A stretch of 63,531 nt of DNA, filler included, from Craspedostauros australis (taxonomy: Eukaryota): NCBI GenBank assembly GCA_030167865.1. It is 19 parts of 19 records of this genome, joined end to end, with 100 filler letters (N's around TTAATTAATTAA, not from the genome) between each part and the next. Parts side by side here need not be neighbours in the genome. Positions count along the whole stretch, not along the records: positions 33,187 to 38,908 come from JALAGF010000754.1; positions 39,009 to 48,765 come from JALAGF010000755.1; positions 48,866 to 49,973 come from JALAGF010000756.1; positions 50,074 to 53,295 come from JALAGF010000757.1; 15 more parts are not named here. One strand, 5' to 3'. Positions within the stretch are counted from its first letter, which is position 1, and every line of letters begins with the position of its first letter. A model generated the notes under the pieces. The model did not search any database and was not told the origin of the DNA. It was given only the letters and a program-made list of their open reading frames with translations. This document shows, one piece after another, positions 37,201 through 50,110 of the stretch. A program made the position numbers and the translations under genes.

Positions 37201-38908
37201 TCTGGCCAGACGCCGCTTCTGAATCATGGGTGAGGTCACCTTGCACTTCCTCAATGGGGTCATAGGGGAGGGGAGCCAAGGGAGCTTCTGCGGTAAGGCT
37301 TGCATGGCCGTTCCACGTTGTCCCTCGCTCTGTAGTCGTCACTGACACCTCTGCACTAGTCTGGGCAAAGCCTTGGCCGTCTCCCCTGAGCGATATGCGC
37401 TGGCCCTCGTCCGTGAGCTCCTAACCAGATTGTACTTCCGTATCGGGATCCTCGCTGTATCGTAGATGTGGTTCGTCAGTGTGGACTTCCACCATCTCCA
37501 GCTGCTGTCGTCGGAGTGCCAAAGCCCGAGGGTTCAGTGAAGCTTCAGGCCTCAGTAGCACATGCTCTTGCACCACGTCTTCCATTCTCTCCACCAACTG
37601 TCCGGAATTGTTGGGGGTGTGGGCCCATCGCCTGGGAATGTTGGGGGCAGACAGTCTGTCATGAGCTTCGGCTGTTTCGCGGATCCCGCTCGCCAAGGAG
37701 ATGTCCAATATTCGGCTCACCCCTAGCTGCAACCGGCACATGCTCAGGTGATACAGCTGGGATCCCTTGAACCCCTGCCGCAGGCAGATATCCATCAGGT
37801 GTTCATCTCCTTTGCACTGTAACAGTGGCCCTCCAGTTGTCTCATGTATCATCACACCTGTGTCCTGCAGCTGTTTCCACAGTCCAGCCATCCAGCAGTG
37901 AGTGATGCAACGACTCATCTTGTATGGATATTCGAACAGAGACCAATGGACCCCCAATTCTTCTTTCAGCGCCTGTATCGAGCATTCCACCATCTGTCCC
38001 GTGGTGGTTCCTGTCTGGATCTCCTCAAATGCTATCTGGACTTGTGTGCCCCCCTCAACACCATCAACTGCGAAAATCACACATTCCACAACAAAATACA
38101 TATCCCCTCATCCCTCTAGGTGTGGTACAATCATGGCACATGAGGCCAGCTCCATCATGACGCTCGTTGTGATACTCAAAGATAGGCCATGGTGGATCAT
38201 GGATTCCACAGCTGCAGCAACTGATGGTCTCTCTCTCTGTCAACACAACAATCAAGTGCGATATTCTCACATCCCACGACGCATATACACATCGCACAGC
38301 CCGCATGACCTGGCTCAAGCATGGCACATTCAGCCTGCCACCCCATGATGCTCGTTGTCACGATCAAAGGCTGAGCATAGCGTATTGCTGAGTCTCACAG
38401 CTGCAGTCACTGTCACGCTCGCTCTTGACACCATCAACTGCGATGTTCTCACATCCCACGACGCATACACACATCTCACAGCCCGCATGACCTGGCTCAA
38501 GCATGGCACATGCAGCCTGCCACTCCATGATGCTCATTGTCACGATCAAAGGGTGAGCATAGCGTATTGCTGAGTCTCACAGCTGCAGTCACTGTCATGC
38601 TCGCTCTTGACACCATCAACTACAATACTCTCACTTCTCACAAATCGCATTCACACGTTGCATAGCCCCCTGGACACGACGCAAGAGTGGCACATGCGAA
38701 CAGCTACTCAGTGATGCTCGTTACCACACACAACAGATGACCATGATGGATCACAGATCTCACCAATGCAGTCACTTCTGGCCTCCCCCTCAGCATCATC
38801 AACAGCATCTATTACACATCCCATAATGCATACGCACGTCACATATCCCCCCATGACATGATACATCCGCAACACCTACGGTCGGATACTCCATGATGCT
38901 CGTTAGCA
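34300..38908. repeat. Diverged ~182-184-bp tandem repeat (~12 units), CpG-depleted, split by a LINE
   Basis: CATGATGCTCGTTG-like and CTCAACACCATCAAC-like anchors recur at about 182-184 nt spacing (e.g. 38344, 38526, 38710, 38892). Left boundary is approximate. Confidence 0.85.
35679..38044 (-). mobile_element. 5'-truncated, degenerate Ambal-like LINE (post-RT region, RNase H, Cys motif) with (ATT)n tail and TSD
   Basis: RNase H-like VSNGSF, YRSELAGI, WVRGHQD, LNVVADHKAK. C-terminal CQFC..EEATHHILEC. Tail at 35679-35691. TGTGC(n)CAACA flanks both sides. Confidence 0.85.
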
Positions 38909-39884
38909 NNNNNNNNNNNNNNNNNNNNNNNNNNNNNNNNNNNNNNNNNNNNTTAATTAATTAANNNNNNNNNNNNNNNNNNNNNNNNNNNNNNNNNNNN
39001 NNNNNNNNGCCGCTTGGCTGGCTCATCGCATCCACTTCGCTGTTGCTCGCGCCATCATGCTGGTGGCCACCCGAAGCGACGCTGCATGTACCGCTGCCAG
39101 TATCGCCAGAGTCAGACGCATCTCCAGCAGTGTGAACGCCTGTGCTCGCACTTGTGGTGACGCCAGTGATCGATGAGATCGTGCTTCTGCCTGCGTCTGC
39201 GTCTGCGTCGGCTCTTGACATCGACGAGATCGTCTCCGCGCCCGAAGAAGAACCTGCGACTGCGGCATCGTCGGAATCAGTCACGTCATCATCGTTGTCA
39301 TTATCGTTACCATCATCTGTGATGCCAACAGCGTCATGGACGTCGTCGATGGGGCGCATGGAACGCATTTAGGTAGTATGTATCGTGTTGGTTGAGACTT
39401 GATCGACGAGCGCGCATTCACGCGCCACTGTCTTCAGACGCGTGCGTATTGGTACGTTGTGCGAGCGTGTCTGTCTGGTTGCTCCTGTTGTTTTTGTTGC
39501 ATTCGATGTTTTGGATGCTTTGGTTGCGATCGCAGCCGAGGCTTCAACAGTACCCTATTATTATATTGTGATCCCAGTGCTCTCTCGTGCGGCTGCCGAA
39601 GGTGAGTGCGAAGAGGGGAGAGGTGGATGTTCCTCACACCACAGAACTCAACATCTGTGGTCCCACCAACCCTCTCAACCCGAAGAGTTTCTTCGCGCCC
39701 AAGCAGGAAAGGCAGTAAGCGTTCACTTGGCACGTGTGCTGAAGAACTTCAAGGACATCTGCCGCGTTGTTCCTGTGCACAATCCGCACTCACGACCAAG
39801 TGCAAATCGATGAACGAAAAAACAATTCCGCCGGTGACAGCGAAACAACACGCTCTAGAAATCGTCCGCAGGCTAGTCTACTAG

Positions 39885-39885
<1 letters not shown>

Positions 39886-39924
<39 letters not shown>

Positions 39925-39940
39925 GCTGCTGCTGCTACTA
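39886..39940. repeat. Compound (ACT)n(GCT)n microsatellite
   Basis: Read directly from the sequence, downstream of the ValRS stop codon. Confidence 0.95.
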
Positions 39941-40118
39941 TGACTAATACGAGTGCAGAGGAGCCGCTCTCTTCGCAACACACGGTACAGAAACAATGCT
40001 CTTTCATGGATTCAAGACGAGGCAGAAATACTAATAAGACTGAGAAGGGATCGTGCCTCATTATTATTTGGAAGTGCTACTGCCAATACTGTCCCGCTGA
40101 TTCACCCAGGTCTCGTCT

Positions 40119-43100
40119 TTAGAGAGTCGATAAGGATTCCTTCACCTTCTCTTCCTGGTCCTGCAACTCCGACAGCTCATTCTTGGCCTTGTCGACAACG
40201 GCCGGGGGTGCCTTCTCTGCGAAACCTGGAGAGTCCAACCTCTTGCTCAGTTTTTCGATCTCGGCGGAGAGCTTCTTCAGCTGTTTCTTCAACCGGGCCT
40301 CCTCCTTCTCCTTGTCGATCAATCCCGACAATGGCAGGTACGTCTCCACTCCATCCTGGATGACCAGCTGGATGGTTTCGTCGTTGTTCAGCGCCTTCGC
40401 CTCGTCGCTGCCAGCCTCGTAGATGGCAACGCTGCCGACATCGAGCTTGGCGAGCGCCACCAACGATTTCAGCTCCTTCTCAAGCTCCTCCTTCAGTTCG
40501 CCAGATGCAACAACGAACCCGCCGATGCGCTTGCCTGGCTCGACGTTGTACTCCGCGCGGGCGTTGCGGATACTTCGCGTCAGGGCCTGGAAGCATTCGA
40601 ACGTCTCGATGGTCGATTGACACTTCACCAGGGACTGGTCCTCCATCTGCGGCCAGTCGGCCAGCATCAACGAATGTGCTGCTTGGTCGCCGTTGGCATC
40701 GGCACGTGGCAGATGATGCCAGAGGTTTTCGGTCACGTATGGCATGAACGGATGGAGCAACCGCAGGCTGGAGTCCAGCACGTACACGAGGACGCGGCGC
40801 GCCTGCTTTGCGTCCTCCTCGGACGTGCCGCCAGCACCTTCGTAGAGGCGCGTCTTCGAAATCTCGATGTACCAGTCAGCGAATTGATCCCACAGGAACT
40901 CGTAGATTTTGCTGCCAGCGGCGCCCAGCTGGTATCTCTCGATGTCACCGGTGATGTCCTCGGCAAGGATGTGGAGCTTGGAGATGATGTATCGTTCTGG
41001 CAGCAGCATGGTGTCGAATTCCTCGCTGGTGATTGGTCCCGTGACGCCCAGTCCATTCAGCTCCTCCTCCCCGACATTCTTCAGGGCATTCTGAGTCACA
41101 AACTTGCAGCAATTCCAGAGCTTGTTTGCAAAGTTGCGGTTGGCAGCGATCTTTTCCATGTTCAGCGGGATGTCCTGTCAAGTAGAGTAGAGTGGAGTAA
41201 GCGACAGAAGTGACCCGCAAATGATTTGTGAATGACAAATCACCGTGAGGAACACACACAGCACATGTGAAATGGACTGGTGAGATGAAACTCGAGGACA
41301 TGCTGAAATTGGAGGATGCGCAGTGGGAGTAGCAGAGTATGGTCGTGCCTTTACTTTGCATATCACAGCGTAACGCATCACGACACAGCATGTCACAACA
41401 CTCATCGTCGTACTGACGCAGGATTTGCACGGTATTTTCACACACGAAGAAAACGTACCTGTCCTGGCGTCACGCCTGTGACCAAGGAGTATCGCAAACT
41501 GTCTGCACCGTACTCAGCGACTGTGTCAAGCGGGTCCACGACGTTGCCCTTCGTCTTTGACATCTTGGTACCATCCGCAGCACGTACGAGGCCATGAAGG
41601 TAAACGACGCTGAATGGGCTCTTTCCCGTCAGTTCAATCCCCATCATGACCATTCGGGCCACCCAGAAGAAGAGGATGTCGTATCCTGTTTCGAGGCATG
41701 TGGCCGGATAGAATCTCGCGAGATCGGAATCTGCCTCGTGCTCGTTGTGTGGCCACCCCACTGTGGCGAATGGCCAAAGCCCGGAACTAAACCACGTATC
41801 GAGTACGTCCTCATCCTGGAAGAGTTGCACGGATTCCGGGTGTCCCATCTCGATGGCCTTGGTCTTTGCATCTTCGTCATTTCTGGCGACGATGTACTCG
41901 CTGGAACCGTACTCGCCAACGTACCACACCGGGATGCGATGTCCCCACCAAAGCTGTCGCGACACGCACCAATCGTGGATATCTTCCAGCCAGTTGTTCC
42001 AGATCTTGTCGAATCGCTTGGGGACGATTTGGACGTCGCCGTCCTCCACGGCCTGGAGGGCCTTGGACCCCATGCCCTTCGTCTTGACGAACCATTGGCT
42101 GCTGACCAACGGCTCGATGACCTCTCCACCGCGCTGCGATCTGGGAACGCGCTGGGTGTGCGGTTTCACCTTGATTGTCAATTCGCTGGATTCCATGTCG
42201 CTCCACAGCTTTTCGCGCGCGTCGAAGCGATCCAACCCGTTGTATTCTCCAGCGTTACCGTTCAAAGACCCGTCCTTGTTCATGATGTTGATGATGGGGA
42301 GATCGTGCTTCTTGCCGATGGCATAGTCATTAGGATCGTGTCCTGGCGTGATCTTCAATGCGCCTGTTCCGAACTCCATGTCGACATAGTCATCTGCGAT
42401 GATGGGGATCTTCCTGCCGTCGCTCATGGGCACAACGACCTCCTTGCCAACAAGATGCTTGTAGCGCTCATCGTCCGGATGCACGCACACAGCCGTGTCT
42501 CCCATGATGGTTTCGGGACGGGTTGTCGCAACTGGCAGGAATTCTGTGATCGAAGCAGGAGTTGAAACGTTTATGTCGATGTTGGGACAGTCGAGTGTGA
42601 ATTTGAGTTTTGAATTTCGAGTGTGAGTCGAGAAGAGTGGAACAAAGTTGCGCGAGCAATTCTGGTTTTGAAGCAAGTGGGAAATCGCAATGTGCGGAAA
42701 CACCAAAAATCTGGACTGATCCGTTCTTGCACACATATGCAAAGCGCACTCCAACACTCACCATCGCTGCCGTCGACGTTGTACTTGAAGAAGTAGAGCT
42801 TGCCTTCCTCCTCGGAATACTCGACCTCAAGGTCGCTGACAGCGGTCTTGAGCATGGGTGCCCAGTTGACCATGTACTCTCCGCGGTAGACCAATTCCTT
42901 CTCGTGAAGGCGCACGAACGCCTCGGACACGGCGTCGCTCAAGTCCTTGTCCATGGTGAATCTCTCGCGGGTCCAATCGGCGGACGCTCCGAGCGATCGC
43001 AGCTGGCGCGTGATGTGACCGCCCTGCTCCTCCTTGTACTTCCAAACGCGGTCCAAGAACTCCTCACGTCCGACTTCTTCGCGTGTGGTGCCTTCTGCGA

Positions 43101-43701
43101 TGAGCTGCTTTTCGACCTGAAGTTGCGTGGCGATGCCGGCATGATCCGTCCCGGGCAGCCACAAGACGGGACGGCCTCTCATGCGGTGGAAACGCGCCAG
43201 GACGTCCTGCAACGCAACGAAAATGGCGTGGCCCATGTGCAAGCGTCCGGTGACGTTGGGTGGTGGCATGGGAAGGACGTACGGTTGCTTGCCATTGTCG
43301 TTGCTGTGCTTGGCGTCGGGAGAGAAGCACTGTGACTTCTCCCACCAGGTGTAGATGTCCTTCTCGAACTCCGACGGATCGTACGATCCCTCCAACCCCT
43401 TGCTCTTGTTGATGAGATCGTAAGCCTCGGCAATGGAGGTTTCGGCTGCGGCATCCTCAACAGCAGACGAAAGCGTGGTGAGCATTCTGCTGTTCCCGAT
43501 TCCGAACGCGGCGGATGGCGCTGCAGAAGTCGGCGGTGCAAAGCCGGTCGTGCTCTTCCTCAGCTTGTTGGTTCGGCGCGAAGCAGCAGTCGACGCAAAC
43601 GCAGAAACGGAAGCTCTGGAGGAACGGACGACAGTCGACTGCCATGCCCGCACACCTTGCCTGGCCCCCGTGGAGGCGCACAGAGCCAATCCTGACATCA
43701 T
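40119..43701 (-). CDS. valS: Valyl-tRNA synthetase, organellar type, 3 exons (43701-42762, 42543-41459, 41174-40119), ~1026 aa
   Basis: PPPNVTGRLHMGH (HIGH), DWCVSRQLWWGHRIP, DVLDTWFSS, KMSKT (KMSKS), C-terminal coiled-coil arm. GT-AG introns 42761-42544 and 41458-41175 keep the frame. Ser/Arg/Ala-rich presequence. An alternative in-frame ATG lies at 43779. Confidence 0.96.
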
Positions 43702-43883
43702 AATGCGTGTGGACTTCAGCGATGTCCTCGTTCGTTGCTGTTGCCGTTTGTGGTGGGACTGTCCCAGTTGGCGATTCATCTCGTTCGTTCGTTCGTTCGT
43801 TCGTTCGTTCGTTCGTCTGCGTTTGTGAAGTTGCTGATGTCTCCGATTGGAATCTGTATTGGTTGCACTCAGGAGTACTCGTA

Positions 43884-43916
<33 letters not shown>

Positions 43917-45644
43917 TCTTGGAGCCGCGTCTTGACAGAGGAGGCAGATGTAACGGTATGGTGGCAGAATTTGTGAGGTCTTGACGGATGTGCCAACGGA
44001 TGAATCGATGGATAGATGGATGGATGAATGGATGAACAGATGAACAGATGGATGATCAGTTGTGTGCATCCAACCGTCGTGGTTGTCAAAAGAAGATCTT
44101 GGCTGAATTTGATGTGTGTTTGTGGTGATGTGCGTTCGTCTAAGATTTTGTGGTTGACACGATGTTTCTGTCTGAGTCATGAGTTTGACCACTCGGAATA
44201 AAAGAGCGGAATGACGTTGGTTTCCTCACATCTGTCGCATGACGGACAGTCATTTTTCGTGACATTTTTTAAAATGAAACCGCTCTCGTCTGAGATCAGA
44301 TATGCGTCTGACAGGCGACCGATGGTGAACGGATCGTGTTTGCTGGGTTGTGTGAATCGTGCTTACTCAGGCCTTCAAGGACAACGTCGTAGTGACTTTT
44401 TTCTCGTTTTTCACGAACAATCACCTTGTAACATTTTAGTTTGTTTTTGCGGAACCTGACGGAGCGTCAGCTTGTGCCTTTCCGCTATTCCCAAGTACCA
44501 AGTGAGAGAAATCTATTCTCTCCTCAATCGTCATTTTGTGTGTCCAACTGCTCGTCATATTTTGTTGGGCTTCATTGATAAAATGTACAGCATCGCACAA
44601 TAGGTATCGACTGTTCTTCCAGGCGACAAAAGGAGAATCTGAAGGGCGCTCATGATATGTGGTTTGTGATTTGGGTCGTGTTCGTTCGGGGGTGTTCTTC
44701 GTCAAGACGCACGTACCATCTTATACCAACGGGGATATCAAAAACGGAATGGATCGAATATTTCGCCGGATATACGTTGTAATACAAGGACTGGGTGTGG
44801 GAGGACTTTATCAATTTCGGCTTAAAGTGTGGCCCTCCTTTGCTCGCTCGTGGCGCTTGTGTGGCGTTGGCGCAAAAGCGCGGTTTCTCATCGATTGTTG
44901 CGTTGCGCAATGTTGCCACACCACATCAAACCGCGTGTGTTCTTCAAGCGATGCGACTGACAGCAAAACAGACGAACCGTGGAGGTTTGGCGGACCAAGA
45001 AGCCACACGAAGACAGAAAGCTGGCCCATTGCGTGGCAAACATGGTGGTCGGCAGAGAGAGAGAGAGGTGTCTCTCTCTGCGTCTGTTCCGTTGGTGTCC
45101 TCGCCAGCACACAACCGTGTCGCACAACAAGTGTGTTGGAAGTGACCAAGCGAGACACAAGAAGAGACGCGAACAGAGACACACAACCAACAAGGGGTGC
45201 AGAGCCATAACCAGGGCACGACGCAACTACGATCAGGTTCAGCTCTCCTCACCAACCCCCCTGAGACGCAAACAGAGATAGATAGATAGACAGATAGAGA
45301 GCGAGATTACACAGGAGTAAATTGAGTCGCAGCAAGCACAGCAGCACCAGATTGAACACGCCACGAATTAGAGTGGGAGCTTCGGCAAGAGCAGCGGCAG
45401 AGTATTGGTACGACTGGATCAAAGCAAGGAGGGGGAAGTATCGAGTTGACAGGAGGGAGACCCCAGGGTGAAGTTGGTTCGAGTGAAAATTGATTCAAGG
45501 CATACACAGCATATCGCACAACGGCAACGGAATCGAACAGGAGGGAGAGAGACGGAGAGGAAAATCAATGACAGCAACCACCAACAGCTAATCAACGACA
45601 ACAACGACAACAACGACGACGACGACGACGACAAGGAGGCCATC

Positions 45645-48600
45645 ATGAGCAGCAGGAACGGCTTCCACATGTCGAACGTGGCAAGTGATGATGAAAGTTT
45701 CATGGGATCAGACGCCTCGTTCAACGAGTCCGAACGGTGAGTTGCGCTTGCCTGTCTACCTGTCTACCTGTCTACCTGTCTACCACAAGTGTCTTTCGCC
45801 TGGTAGATCGCCAGAGTCTTTCAATCCAGTGCCTTTGACTCCGGTGGCCCATGCTGGAGCAACGTGCGTGTCATCGAAGGATGGATCATCGAAGGATGGA
45901 TCGAATACGCACTTGTCCACACAGGCACGGCTGTGTTTGACACGGATTGCCATCCATACTCGTAGGTGTATGGACTGAACTCATGCCCGAGAATGTGCAT
46001 GTGACGGTGATGCTGAGCAGCGTCAAGATGACAGCACAGAGGAAAGCTGTCTCATCAACATTTTCATGAACATTCTCTCCTCCATTGGACAACAACACTC
46101 TTTGGAATGAATCCTTCTGGCGAATGCTATTTACTGATGGATGGAATCTGGCTTCGACCAACGGCGTCATGATCGACGGACTTCGAAATGGATTCATGGA
46201 TGCACGCACGGATTGGCGAACGAACGAACGGATCAATGGACGGATCAATCAATCAATGGACGGATCGACGCATGGATGCAACGCTGGCTGACACATGATC
46301 GTGCTGGATCGACGGAATCAACTCACCAACTCACGACCAATTTCACCACCGAACAAAACGAGCGCAGACGCGGACGTGGACGCGGACACGATGCAACCAG
46401 GAGTGGCCAACCCAGATTCCACACGCAGGGTGCAGGCAACCTGGCGGGCGCGTTGCCTCATCCGGGAAGCGGCCTTTCTGATGCAAGCACATTTTCATCG
46501 CTTCAGAACGCTGGCATCGTACCTGTGAGGCAAGGCTGGTCTCATATCACCGAAACTCAGAACTCAGCCAACCCGGTAGCCGCGGCACGGATTTCGCGCC
46601 CTTCCTTCGAACGGCAGGAAGTTTCGCAACCAACGGCTGAGAATTCTTCATCGGTGCCAGCTTCGTCGACCTTAACTCCGGCCGAGCTCTACCAGCCGGG
46701 AACTTCCAGGACGATCGACCAGATGACGGAATGGTTACGATCCCATCCGCAGTACGGCTCGATCCCAGACTACATCAATGCCGTCGCTCAAAACGTGGAC
46801 CTGTCGCGACTTGCAGTGACACCAACCGTACCGATCCCAGAACCCGAGATGGACCCTGAGATTTTGCGGCTCGAAAGGGAGATCGCGGAGATGGACGCAG
46901 AGATAGAGGCAGAAAGGCAGGCAGAAAAAGAGGCGAATGCGGATTTCGATTTGTTTCGGATGATCCCGTTGGCACAACCTCAGGGTCCGCTCATTCGAGA
47001 CGAAAGCTTCCACACAGCCGCAACTCGATTCAACATGCCCAGATCGTCTCGCGCGCGTGCGCGAAGGTACGTGGTACTGAAGACACACCGTCGAATCGTC
47101 GTTTCTCATGAATTCAAAGCAACAACCATTTCACATCATGCACTCCAGACCATGCGCTCCAGACCATGTACTCACACCTTGTCTGATCCTACTCGCTTCT
47201 ACAATTCCATCCTCAAATACAACAACACTCCACTTCACAACGCTTCGCAACACAACACGACTGTACTATGCTCTGCTCTGCTCTATACTCATACACACAT
47301 GCCGCTGTATACTCCGTGCATTCTCTCACCCAAGCCGAGACGCGATGAGTATGGACACGTCCATCCGAAGCGGCGATCGATTCACGGAAGGCTCGCGCCG
47401 AGAGGATAGAAGGTAAGGCTGTCGCGATGATGATGGGCCCAAAGAGGGCGATTGTGACTTCGCCTATGTTATGCACAAGTACACGCAACACACAACATGG
47501 AACACGCAATAGCATTTCTGACATCCGCGCTTCTCCATTCCACGCTCGCTTCATTGCCATGCTCTCAACACATTCGTAACGATACCCACCTCCACCGTGA
47601 TCACCATCACCATCACTGTCACCACCTCCGTCACCATCGCTGCCATCATCACCAGCATCAACCTCCGATCCATGGACGCAACGTTGCGGAGCGAAACAGC
47701 GCACGAGCGATCTCGCAGGATCACACAGTAAGTCATCAACACGCCCTGGCGATCATTCCACGAACAGTCACCGATGTTCAATTCGTCGTAAACACCGACT
47801 GGTGGGATGAAGCGCTTTTCTTGCATCTCCCGTTTGTCTCACATCCTACTCCTCCCTTTTCTTCCAATCTTCCAATCTTCCCAATCGTATCTTGCGCCAA
47901 CACTTCTCTTCATCAACACCAGGACGATTCTGCGCGACAATTGGACGGTGGATTCGTCAGTTCGGAGCGAATCGATGATGGAACGGTCCCGTCGCTTGAA
48001 TAGGTAAGTGGAGCCAAATTGCAACGCGTCTCACTGCGCTGAACACGTACCATCTCGCGACGCTGCGCACACACGTCGTGGGGTTGGGAGCGATGCAAAG
48101 CCGCACCCGAAAACGCAGCGAGGCACGCTGATCAACGAAGTAGAGTCCAATCTTCTTGGGGATCATTGAATGCCCGCCTATCTGACACCGTCAGTCTTTC
48201 AAATTTCATTGCATTTGCATGTGCATTTACATTGCATCTATCTCATCATCCCTCCTGTCTACAGGGGTGTCGCAAGGGGCACCGGTGCCATCCGTATGCT
48301 GGAACGATCCGAGGAAGCGGCCCTGTTGATCCAGCACAAGTTCCGGGTCCACCGAGAGAGGGCGGCACTGCACCGCAGCACCATGTCGCTTGAGAGCTAT
48401 GAGGCCAATGCACATAGAGGCAATGGCCAACAGACAGACGACGTGCTCGTCAACCAGCAAGCATACCAGTGCATCTTTTCTTTCCAGACCGATGAAGAAG
48501 GCCGCGTCGTGGAGGACAACGGCAGCCACCAAGGAAGCCACGAAACTGAAGAGTTCTACGATGATCCAGCATACATCGACGAAGACGATAACGACAACGG

Positions 48601-48765
48601 CAAGCGAGACAATCACACTGCTGACGAAGAACTTTCGCACGATGAACGGACAGGTGATGGGTCCGATGATGAATCCGAACAAGCACAGGGCTTCTTGACA
48701 CTCTTGTTTGTGGCTGCGGTTAGTATTGGCATGGTCTTGTGGAGGATCATATCATCATGTCTCCC
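45645..48765 (+). CDS. Multi-exon hypothetical membrane protein with IQ-like motif (exons 45645-45736, 46401-47066, 47335-47412, 47656-47727, 47923-48003, 48265-contig end)
   Basis: Strong donors GTGAGT, GTACGT, GTAAGG, GTAAGT, GTAAGT; all introns phase 2 and frame-compatible. AALLIQHKFRVHRER IQ-like motif, acidic tract, hydrophobic helix FLTLLFVAAVSIGMVLW. Confidence 0.6.
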
Positions 48766-48865
48766 NNNNNNNNNNNNNNNNNNNNNNNNNNNNNNNNNNN
48801 NNNNNNNNNTTAATTAATTAANNNNNNNNNNNNNNNNNNNNNNNNNNNNNNNNNNNNNNNNNNNN

Positions 48866-49973
48866 GCTGATGATTATAGGTAAGCATTGATGTTCGGTTC
48901 GCGCGCCGGATGGATGCTTGCAGTCGCAGTCTGGACTCGATTCTCACCACACTACGTCTGTTTTCTTCCCATCCTTACGTTCGTGGCACACCCGGATCCT
49001 CTTTTGGAGAAGGTGATGCCACGGGGAACGTAATCCAAACTATGGCAACTAGGTTTGAATCGTCTCTCATCCAATCCTATTGTACTGTGCTACAAGACCT
49101 CCACAAGCTCATGTTGGCATTTGCATACATGGAGGCCGGTACGAAACCAACCTCAACTCCATCCTGGAAATTTCTGGAAAGCTACCTCCAAACCAAACGG
49201 AATCCTCACAAGAGGGGTTCGGGAGGGTCTAGCGTGGCTCATCTCACGAGAGAAGACGTCCTGCACGACTTGTTGATATGGAGGGCCTGTCAAGACTTGC
49301 CTTCTCCGGTTCCAAGAGTGCATACGTTCGTCCCCGCGATCATTTCATGCTGGAACGCGTTCAAGGGTGGATCAGACGTGGTCACCCGCATGATACGACA
49401 GAACCAGGCACACCCACCGCACTCCACATTCCAATGCAAGATTGTGTCGCGATTGATGGAAGTCGTGATCATCGCATTGCACAAGCTCCAGCAGTACTGC
49501 TGTACAAAGGATATCTATACAAATGCAGATCTGGAGAAGACTCCAACTATTCATCACTTCCGCTGCATGATGAATCATCGCCAAGGGCTTGTTGCATCAA
49601 TTCGGAAAATCCGAGACACGCTTGGCAGCTGGGCCAAATCTCTGAAGGACAGAGAACAAGATGATCGAAGCAGCATACAACGTATAGCAGCTCTTGCGGT
49701 ACCAGCCATGGAGGTGCCAGTGGAAAGCGCAGATCGCGCCAGTGAAGGGAGAAGGACGGATGCAAACGAAGCGACGGACCGTCGATCGGTACGGAGACTG
49801 CTGTCGGAAGGTTTGGAGGCGACGACGGAGAAAGGCTCGGACATGAACAGGCGTGTTTGCAAAGGCAGCCATGCTCCAGTGCATCTGGTGTCGAGAAGGG
49901 GCTCATGTGTTGTCTGCGGCGTATTGACTCCATGGATGTGCATGGAGTGCCACCTCCATGCGTGTGTTGCGCC
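48866..49973 (+). CDS. piggyBac-like transposase C-terminal part (partial)
   Basis: PAIISCWNAFKGGSDVVTR resembles piggyBac P..I..YN..KGGVD. Terminal Cys-rich domain CVVC..TPWMCMECHLHAC. Confidence 0.7.
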
Positions 49974-50110
49974 NNNNNNNNNNNNNNNNNNNNNNNNNNN
50001 NNNNNNNNNNNNNNNNNTTAATTAATTAANNNNNNNNNNNNNNNNNNNNNNNNNNNNNNNNNNNNNNNNNNNNTCCATGGTGAATGATGTCGCTATTGCG
50101 TCGTGCGGCC

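Noticed and set aside
34300..38908. Protein-coding tandem repeat
   Set aside because: The period is 182-184 nt, so the frame shifts between units, and the ORFs are short.
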